Source: the human T2T-CHM13v2.0 reference genome, Homo sapiens. Taken from it: 64,000 bases of DNA. The translations under genes were made by a program, and so were the position numbers. The stretch is from the NCBI RefSeq assembly GCF_009914755.1, contig NC_060943.1. The stretch is one strand, 5' to 3'. The notes beneath the pieces were generated by a model that saw only the letters and a list, made by a program, of their open reading frames with translations, searched no databases and had not been told where the DNA came from. Shown here piece after piece: positions 1 through 33,185 of the stretch (positions within the stretch are counted from its first letter, which is position 1; every line of letters starts with the position of its first letter).

Positions 1-2
1 AT

Positions 3-2363
<2,361 letters not shown>

Positions 2364-2528
2364 CTATGTTTATTGAAATGGCCAGAGATATTCACAGTCA
2401 GAACAGCAGGTTTCAAAATATTCTGTATTATATGATCCTACTGAAAAGTAACATGCAGAGAAAAGGCAGTTACCCATCCAGATATTCACAGTGTCTCCAG
2501 TGGTGGGATTAAGAAAGATCTGTGTCTT

Positions 2529-2696
2529 CAAACACTGCGGAAGGCCGCAGGGTCCTCTGCCTAGGAAAACCAGAGACCTTTGTTCATATGTTTATCTGCT
2601 AACCTTCTCTCCACTATTGTCCTATGACCCTGCCAAATCCCCCTCTCCGAGAAACACCCAAGAATGATCAATAAATACTAAAATAATTTTTTAAAA
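2529..2696 (+). mobile_element. 5'-truncated SVA retrotransposon (SINE-R 3' end, HERV-K LTR5-derived)
   Basis: Matches the recalled SVA 3' terminus (GCGGAAGGCCGCAGGGTCCTCTGCCTAGGAAAACCAGAGACC...GAATGATCAATAAATACTAAAA); exact 18-bp TSD AAGAAAGATCTGTGTCTT at 2511-2528 and 2697-2714. Confidence 0.88.
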
Positions 2697-3134
2697 AAGA
2701 AAGATCTGTGTCTTGTGTAGTCTTTGACATTTTCTGAACATTTTGCAATGAGCATATATTACATTCATTGATGATCGATTGATTGGGACAGGGTCTCATT
2801 TGTCACCCAGACTGGAGTGTAGTGGTGCAATCACAGCTGACTGCAGTCTCGACCTCTCAGGCTCAAGCAATCCTCCTGCCTCAGCCTCCCAAATAGCTGA
2901 CAGGCACCTGCCCCTGCCCCCAGCTACTTAAAAAAACTTTTTGTAAAGATGGGTTCTCACTATGTCGCCCAAGCTGGTCTCAAACTCCTGGGCTCAAGCG
3001 ATCCTCCTGCCTCAGTGTTGGGATTACAGGCGTGAGTCACTGCACCCAGTCTATATTACTTTTATAATCAGAAAGTTATTTTATAATCAGGGGAAATGAA
3101 AAACATCTGGTATTTATTATCTGGGAGGCACAAA

Positions 3135-3325
3135 AACGTGGTGGATAAGCACACAGATTCTAGATTCAGCTTTCCTGGATTTTGGCTCCAACTCAGCCAA
3201 GTTAATGGCTGGGTTAGTCTGGGCAGGTTACTGGCCAAGGGGGGAAACCATGCCTCAGTTTCCCCCATTGTAAAATCCAAATAACAATAGCTTAGGTTTA
3301 CCGAGAGGTTGTTATGTGACAAGCA
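3135..3325 (+). mobile_element. MIR SINE remnant
   Basis: MIR core-like CTGGGCAGGTTACT...GCCTCAGTTTCCCCCATTGTAAAAT...ATAACAATAG. Confidence 0.7.
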
Positions 3326-3429
3326 CTGTTTGTTTTACGTAAATCATCGAGGTAAATGCTCACAACAGCCCTATTAAGTAAGTACTATTATTATAAAAAG
3401 GGTCACAGGCATAGGCAGGGAAGGAGGTA

Positions 3430-3960
3430 GGGCTGGGAGTCGGAGCCCGTGAGCGCCCCCTAGAGTAGGGCTAAGGGGCGGGGGGGCGGGCTACAGCAGA
3501 ATAGGGACCCAGCGCACTCGCAGAACGAGGGGGGAGGCGAGGCGAGAACGAGCGGGAGTTTTTTTCCCGACTACGATTGGCTGGTGTAATTGTCATCACT
3601 TGAAAAGGCAGCCAATGAGAGGCGCGGTCGCCTCGCTGGTGGAAGCCGAGAGCTGAGCGAAGTGAGGCGTGCGGAGCCAAAGGCGCTAGAGCGATAGCGG
3701 GAGCCCCGGACCCCGAAGCGGTTGAGGGGATCCAGGCCTCACAACGTCTTGAGAGTGGCCCCAGCGTCGTTCCTAGTCTCTTCGGCAGACCCCAGCGTCG
3801 TCCTTCTTTTCCTGAGAATATCCTGACACCAGTCGCCCGTTCCAGAAGGGGACACTTGGCGTCATCCCTTTTTTTCTGAGTGACCCCAGAGTCGTCCTCA
3901 CTTCCTGAGGGGGATCCTGGCGTCATCCGCCCTTCTTGAGGGGACCCTGCTGTCACTACC
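3430..3960. promoter_or_regulatory. Orphan CpG island / promoter-like element
   Basis: Non-repetitive CpG-dense sequence with GC boxes (3475-3490), opposed CCAAT boxes (ATTGG ~3576, CCAAT ~3612) and a CTCF-like motif at 3451-3468. Confidence 0.75.
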
Positions 3961-4245
3961 CTGTCCTGATGGCCAGCACCGCATTGTCCTTTCTTCCCGC
4001 GGGAAACCCGGACATCATCCCCTCTTTCTGGCGGGGACCCCCATGCCATTATCCCCTCCTGAGGAGACCCCAGAGCCAGAGCCGTCCCCCCTTCCTCAAG
4101 GCTCCCCAGCGTTGTTTCTTCTTCCCGAGAAGGGGCCTGGTGCTGTTCCCCGTTTCCAGAGTGTTTCCTATCGTTGTCCTCCCCACACTCAGAAGGCATC
4201 TGTCATCCCCCCTTTTTCTGAGATCAGTCCCTTCCTCCTTTCCAG
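3723..4245 (+). repeat. Degenerate ~31-bp tandem array (about 16 units)
   Basis: Recurrent TGAGGGGACCCCAGCGTCATCCCCTCTTCC-like units starting near 3723, 3750, 3813, 3877, 3906, 3937, 3967, 4029, 4060. Confidence 0.75.
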
Positions 4246-4432
4246 TTTAAGGCCGACCCCTGCAAAGGCTTCTGTGGCACCCATAGATAGAAGGCCCAAA
4301 GACCCCCCTGTGCTCCCTTGCCCCCAATTGAGCAGACGGGAAGGCAAAAGACTCAGCTCACCCCATGAAGATGGGAAGAAACCGAAACTAGCTGATGAAG
4401 GAACTCACTATGCCACATGAGAAATCATTTAG

Positions 4433-10329
<5,897 letters not shown>

Positions 10330-10592
10330 GACCTTGGGGAGCCCTAGGAGATGTGACTAGGAATTAGCTGCTTGTCTTCCAAGGCAGCTGAAACTGAAGG
10401 ACAACTGTGTGGCTTGCCTACGGGGAGAAAGATGCCCTACATATAAAAATGCGATGGGCAAAGATTACAAACTGGTTTCAAATACCAGCCCTAAGTCAAA
10501 GAGGAGTGTGTTTCAGAAGAAGAGCCCTTTCTGGCCCCCGGTTTCAGACCTCCAGCCCAGAGCCAGGGTGAAAGACACTAGTTAGTCTGTTC

Positions 10593-10598
10593 TTTATT
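10593..10598 (-). terminator. KEAP1: KEAP1 polyadenylation signal AATAAA
   Basis: TTTATT on + strand about 500 nt past the stop codon; cleavage expected near 10560-10578. Confidence 0.88.
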
Positions 10599-10957
10599 TT
10601 CCTTGGAAAATTACAGGGTTACTTATCAACAAAATAACTGTCCATCCGGTGGGGAAGTGCCATCCGGTGGCTTCTATGTACAGGCCCATCCCTGGGAACC
10701 ACATTTCCAGAGGGGGCCTCCCCCTGAGGCCCCCATTGGCCCCCTCCCAGGTATCCAAGAATAAATCACATGGTGACAGCTGCCGGCATGGGTGAGTGGG
10801 ACCCAGGCCTATTACCCGGCCAGAGGGTTTGGGGGCCTCTCTCCTGGAAGCCTGCTCTTTCCACACCCCCTTTCCCAGCCAGGCTGTCTTGGACACTCCC
10901 GGGGCTCCGCTGAGGGGCACATGATTCCCGCTTTGGACTTCTTTTGAGATGTCATTT

Positions 10958-10965
10958 TAACACTG
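10958..10965 (-). promoter_or_regulatory. miR-200a/miR-141 8-mer seed site in the KEAP1 3' UTR
   Basis: CAGTGTTA on the mRNA strand, complementary to the miR-200a-3p/141-3p 5' end UAACACUG; an established KEAP1-targeting family. Confidence 0.85.
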
Positions 10966-11095
10966 AGGCATCCTGGCCTCCCTTCCCGGAAGATGGGTTA
11001 TTTGCAGTGCTGTCTTTTCTTTTAGTCCCGGTTTTTGTACAAAAACAATGATACTCCCCATTGGACTGTATTTTTGCCCAAGAAACAAAAGTGCC

Positions 11096-11296
<201 letters not shown>

Positions 11297-11358
11297 TCAC
11301 ACCACATCCAAGAGCAGGGGACAGAAAGAGAGAGATGCAGCTGTGAGATGCAAAAGCA

Positions 11359-13909
<2,551 letters not shown>

Positions 13910-14074
13910 TCACCCTCAGAAATGAAGCGGGGAGAGAGAGAAGCTTGGACTCTATCAGAATCCAGGGCTTCTGTGGTTACCCCAGCATGAGGGTTGCAAC
14001 AGGGGGTCTCTCCCAGGCCTGGCTCAGTTTCACCCCAGGATGGTAGGGGGTGTTCCTGGGTGCTCCCCTCCCTA

Positions 14075-14329
<255 letters not shown>

Positions 14330-14412
14330 TTATAGCTGACCTTCGTGGAATACTTAAGGGCCAGATACTCTTTTTTTTCCTTTTTTTTTTCCCCCTTAAA
14401 GAGACAGGTTCA

Positions 14413-14760
<348 letters not shown>

Positions 14761-14815
14761 TCACTGAAGCTTCAAACTTTTTTTTTTTTTTTTTTGAGAT
14801 GGAGTGCAATGGTGA

Positions 14816-14989
<174 letters not shown>

Positions 14990-16013
14990 TGATCTGCCTG
15001 CCTCAGCTTTCCAAAGGGCTGGGATTATAGGCATGAGCCACCACACCCAGCCTGCAGCTATCAACTCTTGGGCTCAAGGAACCCTCCTGGCTCAGCCTCC
15101 TGAGTAGCTGGGACTACAGGTGCACACCACCGTGCCCACCTCCACTCGAACTCTAGTGCTTGCAGTTGTTCTCCAAGGATTGAGGTATCAGCAACTCCAT
15201 TTTCCAAATGACAAAACTGAGCCTCCTAGCCATCAATTGCTCAAGTTCAAAAACACATCTGATAAACCCCTAGTGGCTCAGCCAGATCCCCCACTTCACA
15301 GATAACAAGATAACATCTCAGAAAGGAGAAATCACACATTCAGCATCACTCTTTGATGCTCAAAGAGTCCTTTAGGTCCGGCACAGTGGCTCACACCTGT
15401 AATCGCAGCACTTTGGGAGGTTGAGGTGGGAGAATCCCTTGAGGACAGGAGTTCAAGACCAGCCTGGCCAACATGGTGAAACCCCATCTCTACAAAAAAT
15501 ACAAAAATTAACCAGGCGTGGTGGTGGGTACTTGTAGTCCCAGCTACCCCAGGGTCTGAGGCAGGAGAATCACTTGAACCTGGGAGGCGAGGTTGCAGTG
15601 ACCCAAGATGCACTCCAGCCTGGGCAACAGAGCAAGAGAGACAGGGTCTTACTCTATTGCCCAGGCTAGTCTCCTGGACTCAAGCAATCCTCCCACCTCA
15701 GCCTCCCAAAGTCCCTGATTATAGGTATGGGCCACAGTGCCTAGCCCAACAATTTCAAACTGATGGAACATTTTCCAACTCCGCACAAAGGAACCATATG
15801 GGTTTGTGACAGTCCCCTAAGCATTTCCCAGCCCCAGGCACAGAATCAAAGGTCACTGACTAGAACTCTCCAAGGAGCTTAGCTTCATCCTGAGGCCTCC
15901 ACTCCCTGAAGACAGGAAGAGGAAACAGCCTCAGGAAGAATCCCCGGATCTCAGTGTCTTGGGACTTGCCAGGAGCAGGACCCTCCGAGCCCACCCCCAG
16001 GCCCTGCCACTCA

Positions 16014-16814
<801 letters not shown>

Positions 16815-16874
16815 CTAAATGGGGATTCAAATAATAGGAACCGCGTACATTGTGATGACTAAATGAGTTAATCC

Positions 16875-23690
<6,816 letters not shown>

Positions 23691-23829
23691 ACTACACCAC
23701 CATACCCAGCCCAGAACCTCCTTTTTCTCCAGTTTCCTGCCTTGACATCTCAAGGGGAGACAGTGATGAGCACTCGTCCATCCCTGGTCCTTCTCCTGAC
23801 ACTGCCCCCAGCCCCACTTCCCCGCTCAC

Positions 23830-24468
23830 CTCCCCAAAATGCATGTAGATGTACTCCCGGGCACGCTGGTGCAACTCCACACAGCCAATCTGCTCAGCGA
23901 AGTTGGCGATGCCGATGGCATTGCTGGGGTCCAGCTGCTGCACCAGGAAGTCACTGCAGGCACGGACAACGCTGTCGATCTGGTACATGACAGCACCGTT
24001 CATGACGTGGAGGACACACTTCTCGCCCATGGAGATGGAGGCCGTGTAGGCGAATTCAATGAGGCGCTCCATGACCTTGGGGTGGATACCCTCAATGGAC
24101 ACCACCTCCATGCCCTGCTCCCGCAGCCCGTTGGTGAACATGGCCTTGAAGACAGGGCTGGATGAGGCCAGCACCACCTTGTGGGCCATGAACTGGGCGG
24201 CCGGTGCATCCTGGTACTTGACCTGCAGTGTGACGTCACACAGCTGCTGGCTGAGCCGCAGCTCGTTCATGATGCCAAAGGCCTGCTTGGTATGATCCTC
24301 CAGGGTGTAGCTGAAGGTGCGGTTGCCATGCTGGGAGGGCGTCACCTCCGCCTTGCACTCAGTGGAGGCGTACATCACCGCGTCCCCTGCCCCCTCAGGG
24401 CACTGTGACTGCAGGGGCAGGAATCGGCAGCAGGCCCCAGCCCCGCTAGGCCTGGGATCTGGCTGCAT
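23830..24468 (-). CDS. KEAP1: KEAP1 exon 2 coding part (NTR and BTB domain with C151); full exon 23830-24515
   Basis: ATG at 24468-24466, MQPDPRPS...LCDVTLQV...AHKVVLASSSPVFKAMF...EKCVLHV...YMHFGE; acceptor ctccag| at 24517-24516; donor |gtgagc. Confidence 0.99.
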
Positions 24469-24699
24469 GGGGTTCCAGAAGATAAGCAACACCACCACCT
24501 CTGGCACTCAGGGACCTGGAGGGGAGAGAGCACAGGGCAGAGGGCAGGGGTTGGGACTGGGCCAGCACCTGCCGGGCCTCGTTTTGCAAGATAAAGCAAT
24601 TCCTAGGTCAGTTTTCCTGCAAAGTAGGTGAAGCAGAATCCATTTGCAAACTTGCAAACTTCCCCGACCTGATCAACCTGATTGGCCCAAGAGCCCATC

Positions 24700-25590
<891 letters not shown>

Positions 25591-25901
25591 GGAGTGCAGT
25601 GAGAGCTAAGGACTTAAGGAAGGGTTTCATGGAAACCCCTGGATCCTGGAGGGCCAGGAGATGAGTTATGTGTTTTGTGTTTTGTTTTTCGAGACAGAGT
25701 CTCGCTCTGTTGCCCAGGCTGGAGTACAGTGGTGCGATCTTGGCTCACTGCAACCTCTGCCTCCCGAGTTCAAGATATTCTCGACCGGGCGTGGTGGCTC
25801 ACGCCTGTAATCCCAGCACTTTGGGAGGCCGAGGCAGGCGGATCACAAGGTCAGAAGATCGAGACCATCCTGGCTAACATGGTGAAACCCCATCTCTACT
25901 A

Positions 25902-26117
<216 letters not shown>

Positions 26118-27131
26118 TTACAGGCACCAGCCACCACGATGGGCTAATTTTTTGTATTTTTAGTAGAGATGGGATTTCACCATGTTGGCCAGGGTGGTCT
26201 CAACCTCCTGGCCTCAAGTGATCCCCCTCCTCGACCTCCCAAAATGCTGGGATTACAGGCATAGGCTGCTGTGCCCAGACGTGAGTTACGTTTCAAAAGG
26301 AGTGGGGGATCTCCAAGTGGCTCCCCACAAGTGGATCTGCAAGTTCTCACTCCCCTCTTTCTGGGACTCAACTCAAAGTCTCCTCTTCCCTGTTTTATTG
26401 TCATCACTGCGCTTGTCAGGAACTGAAATGACCTCCTTTGCTTGTCTGTTGATCGACTGTCTCTCGTCCCCGGCCCCAGCGCCTCAAATGGCAGGGAGAC
26501 CTATGTAGGTCGGCGTCGGGCCAACCCTCTCCTGTGCCTCTCGCCTGGGGCCTGGCACTGCGCAGGGGTCAATAAACGGGTGGTTGGCTAACTGCCCTGC
26601 CACCGTGCCTGCCAGAGCGGCCTCCTCCACCCTCCCTGGGTGCCACTCGGCCCCCACTCTGGTGCCAAGGCCCTGGGTTTGCCTCTTGGTCTTTGGCCAA
26701 TCGGTCAACAATGCCCCTTGGGCACCGGGCACTTCCCCCACCCTACAAAGCGGCAAGTGGGCGACTGCGCATGCCCCTCCTGAGCCTCCACCAGGCCCAG
26801 TGAGGCGAGGAAGTGACCCCACCGCGGCCTCTCGGCTGCCAACCCCAGAACGCAGATCGAGCCCCTCAACGCCTCGGAGCCCCCGGGCCTCCTTCTGCGC
26901 AGCGCCTCCTGGTTCTCTCGCTCGGTTTCCGCCGCTCCCGGGCCACCCCAAGAGTTGCGCCGTCCAACAAAAATATCCACCCAGGTCGCGCCCTCCTGGC
27001 CCTCCGAGTCCTGGCGGGGAACTCGGAGGCGCCCTGGGCCGTGGCGCCCGTTTTCCTGGTCTCCGGGCACGGCCGCAGGGGCGCTCGCGGCCCGCGATGC
27101 CCGCAGCCCGGGCACATCCCGCCTCACTCAC

Positions 27132-27245
27132 CCCGCCATGGCCGCGCTCCGGCTCCGCCTCCACCGCCCGAGCCCCGGCGCCTCCATCGCTGCGCGTGGG
27201 GGAGGCGCGGAGCGCGCGCAGGTCACCATGACTAAGCAGAGCCGG
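27132..27245 (-). other. KEAP1: KEAP1 alternative non-coding first exon (proximal, '1b'); 5' end approximate
   Basis: Consensus donor GGG|GTGAGT at 27131; matches my recollection of one KEAP1 mRNA leader. Confidence 0.8.
27223..27238 (+). promoter_or_regulatory. Antioxidant response element (NRF2/sMAF ARE)
   Basis: TCACCATGACTAAGCA is an exact match to the extended ARE consensus TMAnnRTGAYnnnGCR. Confidence 0.8.
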
Positions 27246-27675
27246 GCGCCCGCCGTGTCACAATAAAAGTCCCCGGGCCCTGGCCTCAGGCGGTAGGGAC
27301 CGCTGAGGGGCCGCTCCCCACCCCCGCCCACGCCTGCTGTCGCCCAGCTGCGCGGCCACCACGGCGCCCAGCATGGCGGCGGGGCGGGGGCACGCGACCC
27401 TGAGCGCGCTTAGCCGCGTGGTCCGAGTCGCGGGGAGTCTGAACCCCGAGTTCCAGGCCTGCGCGCCCCGGCCCGCACCAGGGGTGGGGTGGACACCCCT
27501 CCCCGTCGCTGCTGCCCAAGCGCTCACCTCAGCCCCCAGGTCGCCTCCGTAGGGGGTCCCTCGGGGTGGGGATGGCCGGGGCGCGCAGGGGCTCCGGGCA
27601 CAGTGATGCCACCCGCGCACTGCGCTTCCGGGAAGCCGGGGGACCGCGACCCAGTCCAGGAGATTCCTGCCTTAC

Positions 27676-27813
27676 CTTGGCTGTAGGGGACCCGCGGGCG
27701 CCTCCGCCGTCGGGGGGCCTCGGCTCCAGGGCTGCGTGGCCTGCGGGGTCTTGGTTGTCGGTTGGGGAGCGGCCTCGGGACGCCCGAAAAGGAGGCGGGG
27801 AGAGGGCGGAAAG
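27676..27813 (-). other. KEAP1: KEAP1 non-coding first exon (distal, '1a'); 5' end approximate
   Basis: Strong donor AAG|GTAAGG at 27675; no ATG in the exon; matches my recollection of the main KEAP1 mRNA leader. Confidence 0.85.
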
Positions 27814-29045
27814 GGCGCGGCGGGAAAGGAGCGGCGATTCTCCCGCCCTTCCCGCAGGTGCCCGGCGCCCGTCGGCGAGGAGTGGGGCATCGGGCGGGGG
27901 CGCACAGCCAGGCCCCCCTTCTCACTGTCCCTTCCATCTCCCGATTTCGTTGCTGGATGTCTCCTCGCGGGGCTGCGCGCCACCATCTGCTATTCTCCTT
28001 TTAACAACGCACAGCGCCGGCCTCGTGGTCCGGCGGCCGCAGGATCTAGGGAAAATTATCTACCTCGCTAGGTTTTCTTTTCTTTTCTTTTCTTTTCTTT
28101 CTTTCTTTTTTTTTTTCCTTTAGAGACAAGGTCTCGCTCTGATCTGCACGCCCAGGCTGGAGTGCAGTGGCGCAATCGCGGCTCACTGCAGCCTTGAGCT
28201 CCTGGCCTCAAGCGATCCTCCCACCTCAGCCTCCTGAGTAGCTGGGACCACAGACAGGCGCCACCACACCCGGCTAATTTTTAGTTTTTGTTTGTTTGTT
28301 TGTTTTTCTGTAGAGATGGGGTCTCGCAATGTTGCCCAGGCTGGTCTTGAACACCTGGGTTTAAGAGATCCTGACTCCATTGGCCTCCCAAAGTTCTGGG
28401 ATTATAGGTGTGAGGCGCTGTGCCCAGGCCTCAGGTTTTCCTTGTCTTTTTTTTTTTTTTTTTTTTTTAATTGAGACAGAGTCTCTCACTGTCACCTGGG
28501 CTGGAGTGCAGTAGCTCGATCTTGGCTCACTGCAACCTCCGCCTCCCGGGTTCAAAAAATTCTGCCTCAGCCTCCCGAGTAGCTGGGATTACAGGCGCCC
28601 GCCATCATACCCAGCTAATTTTTTGTATTTTTAGTACAGATGGGGTTTCACCATGTTGGCCAGGATGGTCTCAAACCCCTGACCTCATGATCCGCCCGCC
28701 TCGGCCTCCCAAAGTGTTGGGATTACAGGCGTGAGCCACCGCGCCCGGCCTTCCTTGTCTTTATTTTTGATTTACTTCCTATCAAGAGGCGTGTGGCACC
28801 CGTCTTTGGGGGGTTCAAACCCTGGATCTGCCTCTTACCAGCTCAGTGCCCGTGGGCGCTTACTTAGTTCTCTATGGTTCAGTTTCCTCTCTATAAAAAG
28901 TAATAATATAATAGCACCTACCTACCAGATTATCATTAAGACTAAATGCGGGGCCGGGCGCGGTGACTCACACCTGTAATCCCAGCATTTTGGGAGGCCG
29001 AGGCAGGCGGATCACGAGGTCGGGAGATCGAGACCATCCTGGCTA

Positions 29046-29306
<261 letters not shown>

Positions 29307-29727
29307 CTATTTTTCATGACTGGGGATACTGATTTGTCATGCACACCGTTTATCATGTAACGTTAACTTTTAAATAAATGTATGTAAGTTTATTTTAAAG
29401 AATTCATCTAGGCTGGGTGCGGTGGCTCACATCTGTAATCCCAGCACTTTGGGAGCCGAGGTGGGTGGATCACGAGATCAGGAGTTCAAGACCAGCCTGG
29501 CCAACATGGTGAAACCCCCATCTCTACTAAAAATACAAAAATTAACCGGGCGTGGTGGCGGGCGCCTGTAATCCCCAGCTACTCGGGAGGCTGAGGCAGA
29601 GAATTGCTTGAACCCGGGAGGCAGAGGTTGCAGTGAGCAGAGATCGCGCCACCACACTCCAGCCTATGCAACAGAGTGAGACTCTGTCTCAAAAAAAAAA
29701 AAAAAAAAAAGAAAAAAAAAGAATTCA

Positions 29728-29886
<159 letters not shown>

Positions 29887-30850
29887 CTACTAAATACAAA
29901 AAATTAACCGGGTGTGGTGGTGGGTAAGTGAAGGTTGCAGTGAGCCGAAATCCTGCCATTGCACTCCAGCCTGAGCAACAGCGCGAGACTACGTCTCGAA
30001 AGGAAAAGAAAAAAAAAAAAGATAGATGGGATTTCGCCATGTAAGTGAATAATAAATGGAAACGCTAGGCCCCTGGAGCCTCCAGGGTGAATTTGAAAGA
30101 TTGAACGTCCTGGCTCAGGGTCTGGAAGGAATCACGTGTAGGGCTACGTTGGAGTTACCCCGCTACCCCAAATCCTTGTTGCGTGTAGATGCAGTTCCAG
30201 ACAGCTCCTCAGGGGGGCGGCCTAGATAGTCCGTGAACACGCTGAGTGGCCGAGGTTGTAACCAGCGCCTTCCTGGCACGTTGCAGAAAACAACCTCTCT
30301 AATATCTCTCAAAATCAAACCTACAGGTCCAGTGAGCCAGGTGCTTGTAGAGATTTATCCAAGGTGCACTCGCACACATACAGGAGGAAGCATGTGCACA
30401 CATTCATTGCATTATAATGCATATCATGGCAAAAGGACTGGATCCCATTCACATGTCCCTCTGTAGAGCCCTGGCTTAATCAGTGGTGGCACATCCTTGC
30501 TAAGAAATACTATGCAGCCAGTTAAAAGGAGCAGTACATTTACTGTATGGATATGTACCTAGATCTTCTATTTTTTCTTTTCTCTTTTTCTTTTTCGATT
30601 TTCATTTATTTATTTATTTATTTATTTATTTATTTTTGAGACGGAGTCTCGCACTGTCACCCGGGTTGGTGTGCAGTGGTGTGATCTTGGCTTGCTGCAA
30701 CCTCTGCATCCCGGGTTCAAGCGATTCTTCTACCTCAGCCTCCCAAGTAGCTAGGATTACAGGTGCCTGCCACCATACCCAGCTAATTTTTTGTATTTTT
30801 AGTACAGACAGCGTTTCATCATGTTGGTCAGGCTGGTCTTGAACTCCTGA

Positions 30851-31273
<423 letters not shown>

Positions 31274-31276
31274 TAA

Positions 31277-31546
<270 letters not shown>

Positions 31547-31873
31547 TGACCAGGCCTCTATTTTTTTAATGTAAAAAAAGAGCCAGGCCCAGTGGCTTAC
31601 GCCTGTCATCCCAGCACTTTGGGGGGCCGAGGCGGGCAGATCACCTGAGGTCAGGTGTTCGAGACCAGCCTGACCAACACAGTGAAACCTCGTCTCTACT
31701 AAAAATACAAAATAAGCCAGGTGTAGTGGCACATACCTGTAATCCCAGCTACTCAGGAGGCTGAGGCAGAAGAATCACTTGAACCCCAGAGGTGGAGGTT
31801 GTGGTGAGCTGAGATCGTGCCACTGCACTCCAGCCTGTGCAACAAGAGCAAAACTGCATCTCAAAAAAAGAAG

Positions 31874-33185
<1,312 letters not shown>

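Larger units (their letters stand above)
26480..28050. promoter_or_regulatory. KEAP1: KEAP1 CpG-island promoter
   Basis: Very high GC and CpG density, multiple GC boxes, ETS GGAAGT (~26809), GAS-type TTCCGGGAA (27626-27634); contains the first exons. Confidence 0.95.

Noticed and set aside
3471-4199. 242-aa minus-strand ORF over the orphan CpG island
   Set aside because: GC-rich repeat-derived frame with no recognisable domain; long open frames are expected by chance at this GC content
3723-4245. Possible CRISPR-like repeat-spacer array
   Set aside because: Units are contiguous and degenerate with no unique spacers; the DNA is human with no cas genes
23692-24507. 271-aa ORF suggesting a 13-aa longer KEAP1 N-terminus and a different C-terminus
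   Set aside because: The start is a near-cognate codon and the tail is intron 2 read-through; the real ATG is 24468 and the donor is at 23829
26484-28123. Several 100-226 aa Pro/Arg/Gly-rich ORFs
   Set aside because: CpG-island stop-codon depletion; only the spliced exon 1b uORF has structural support
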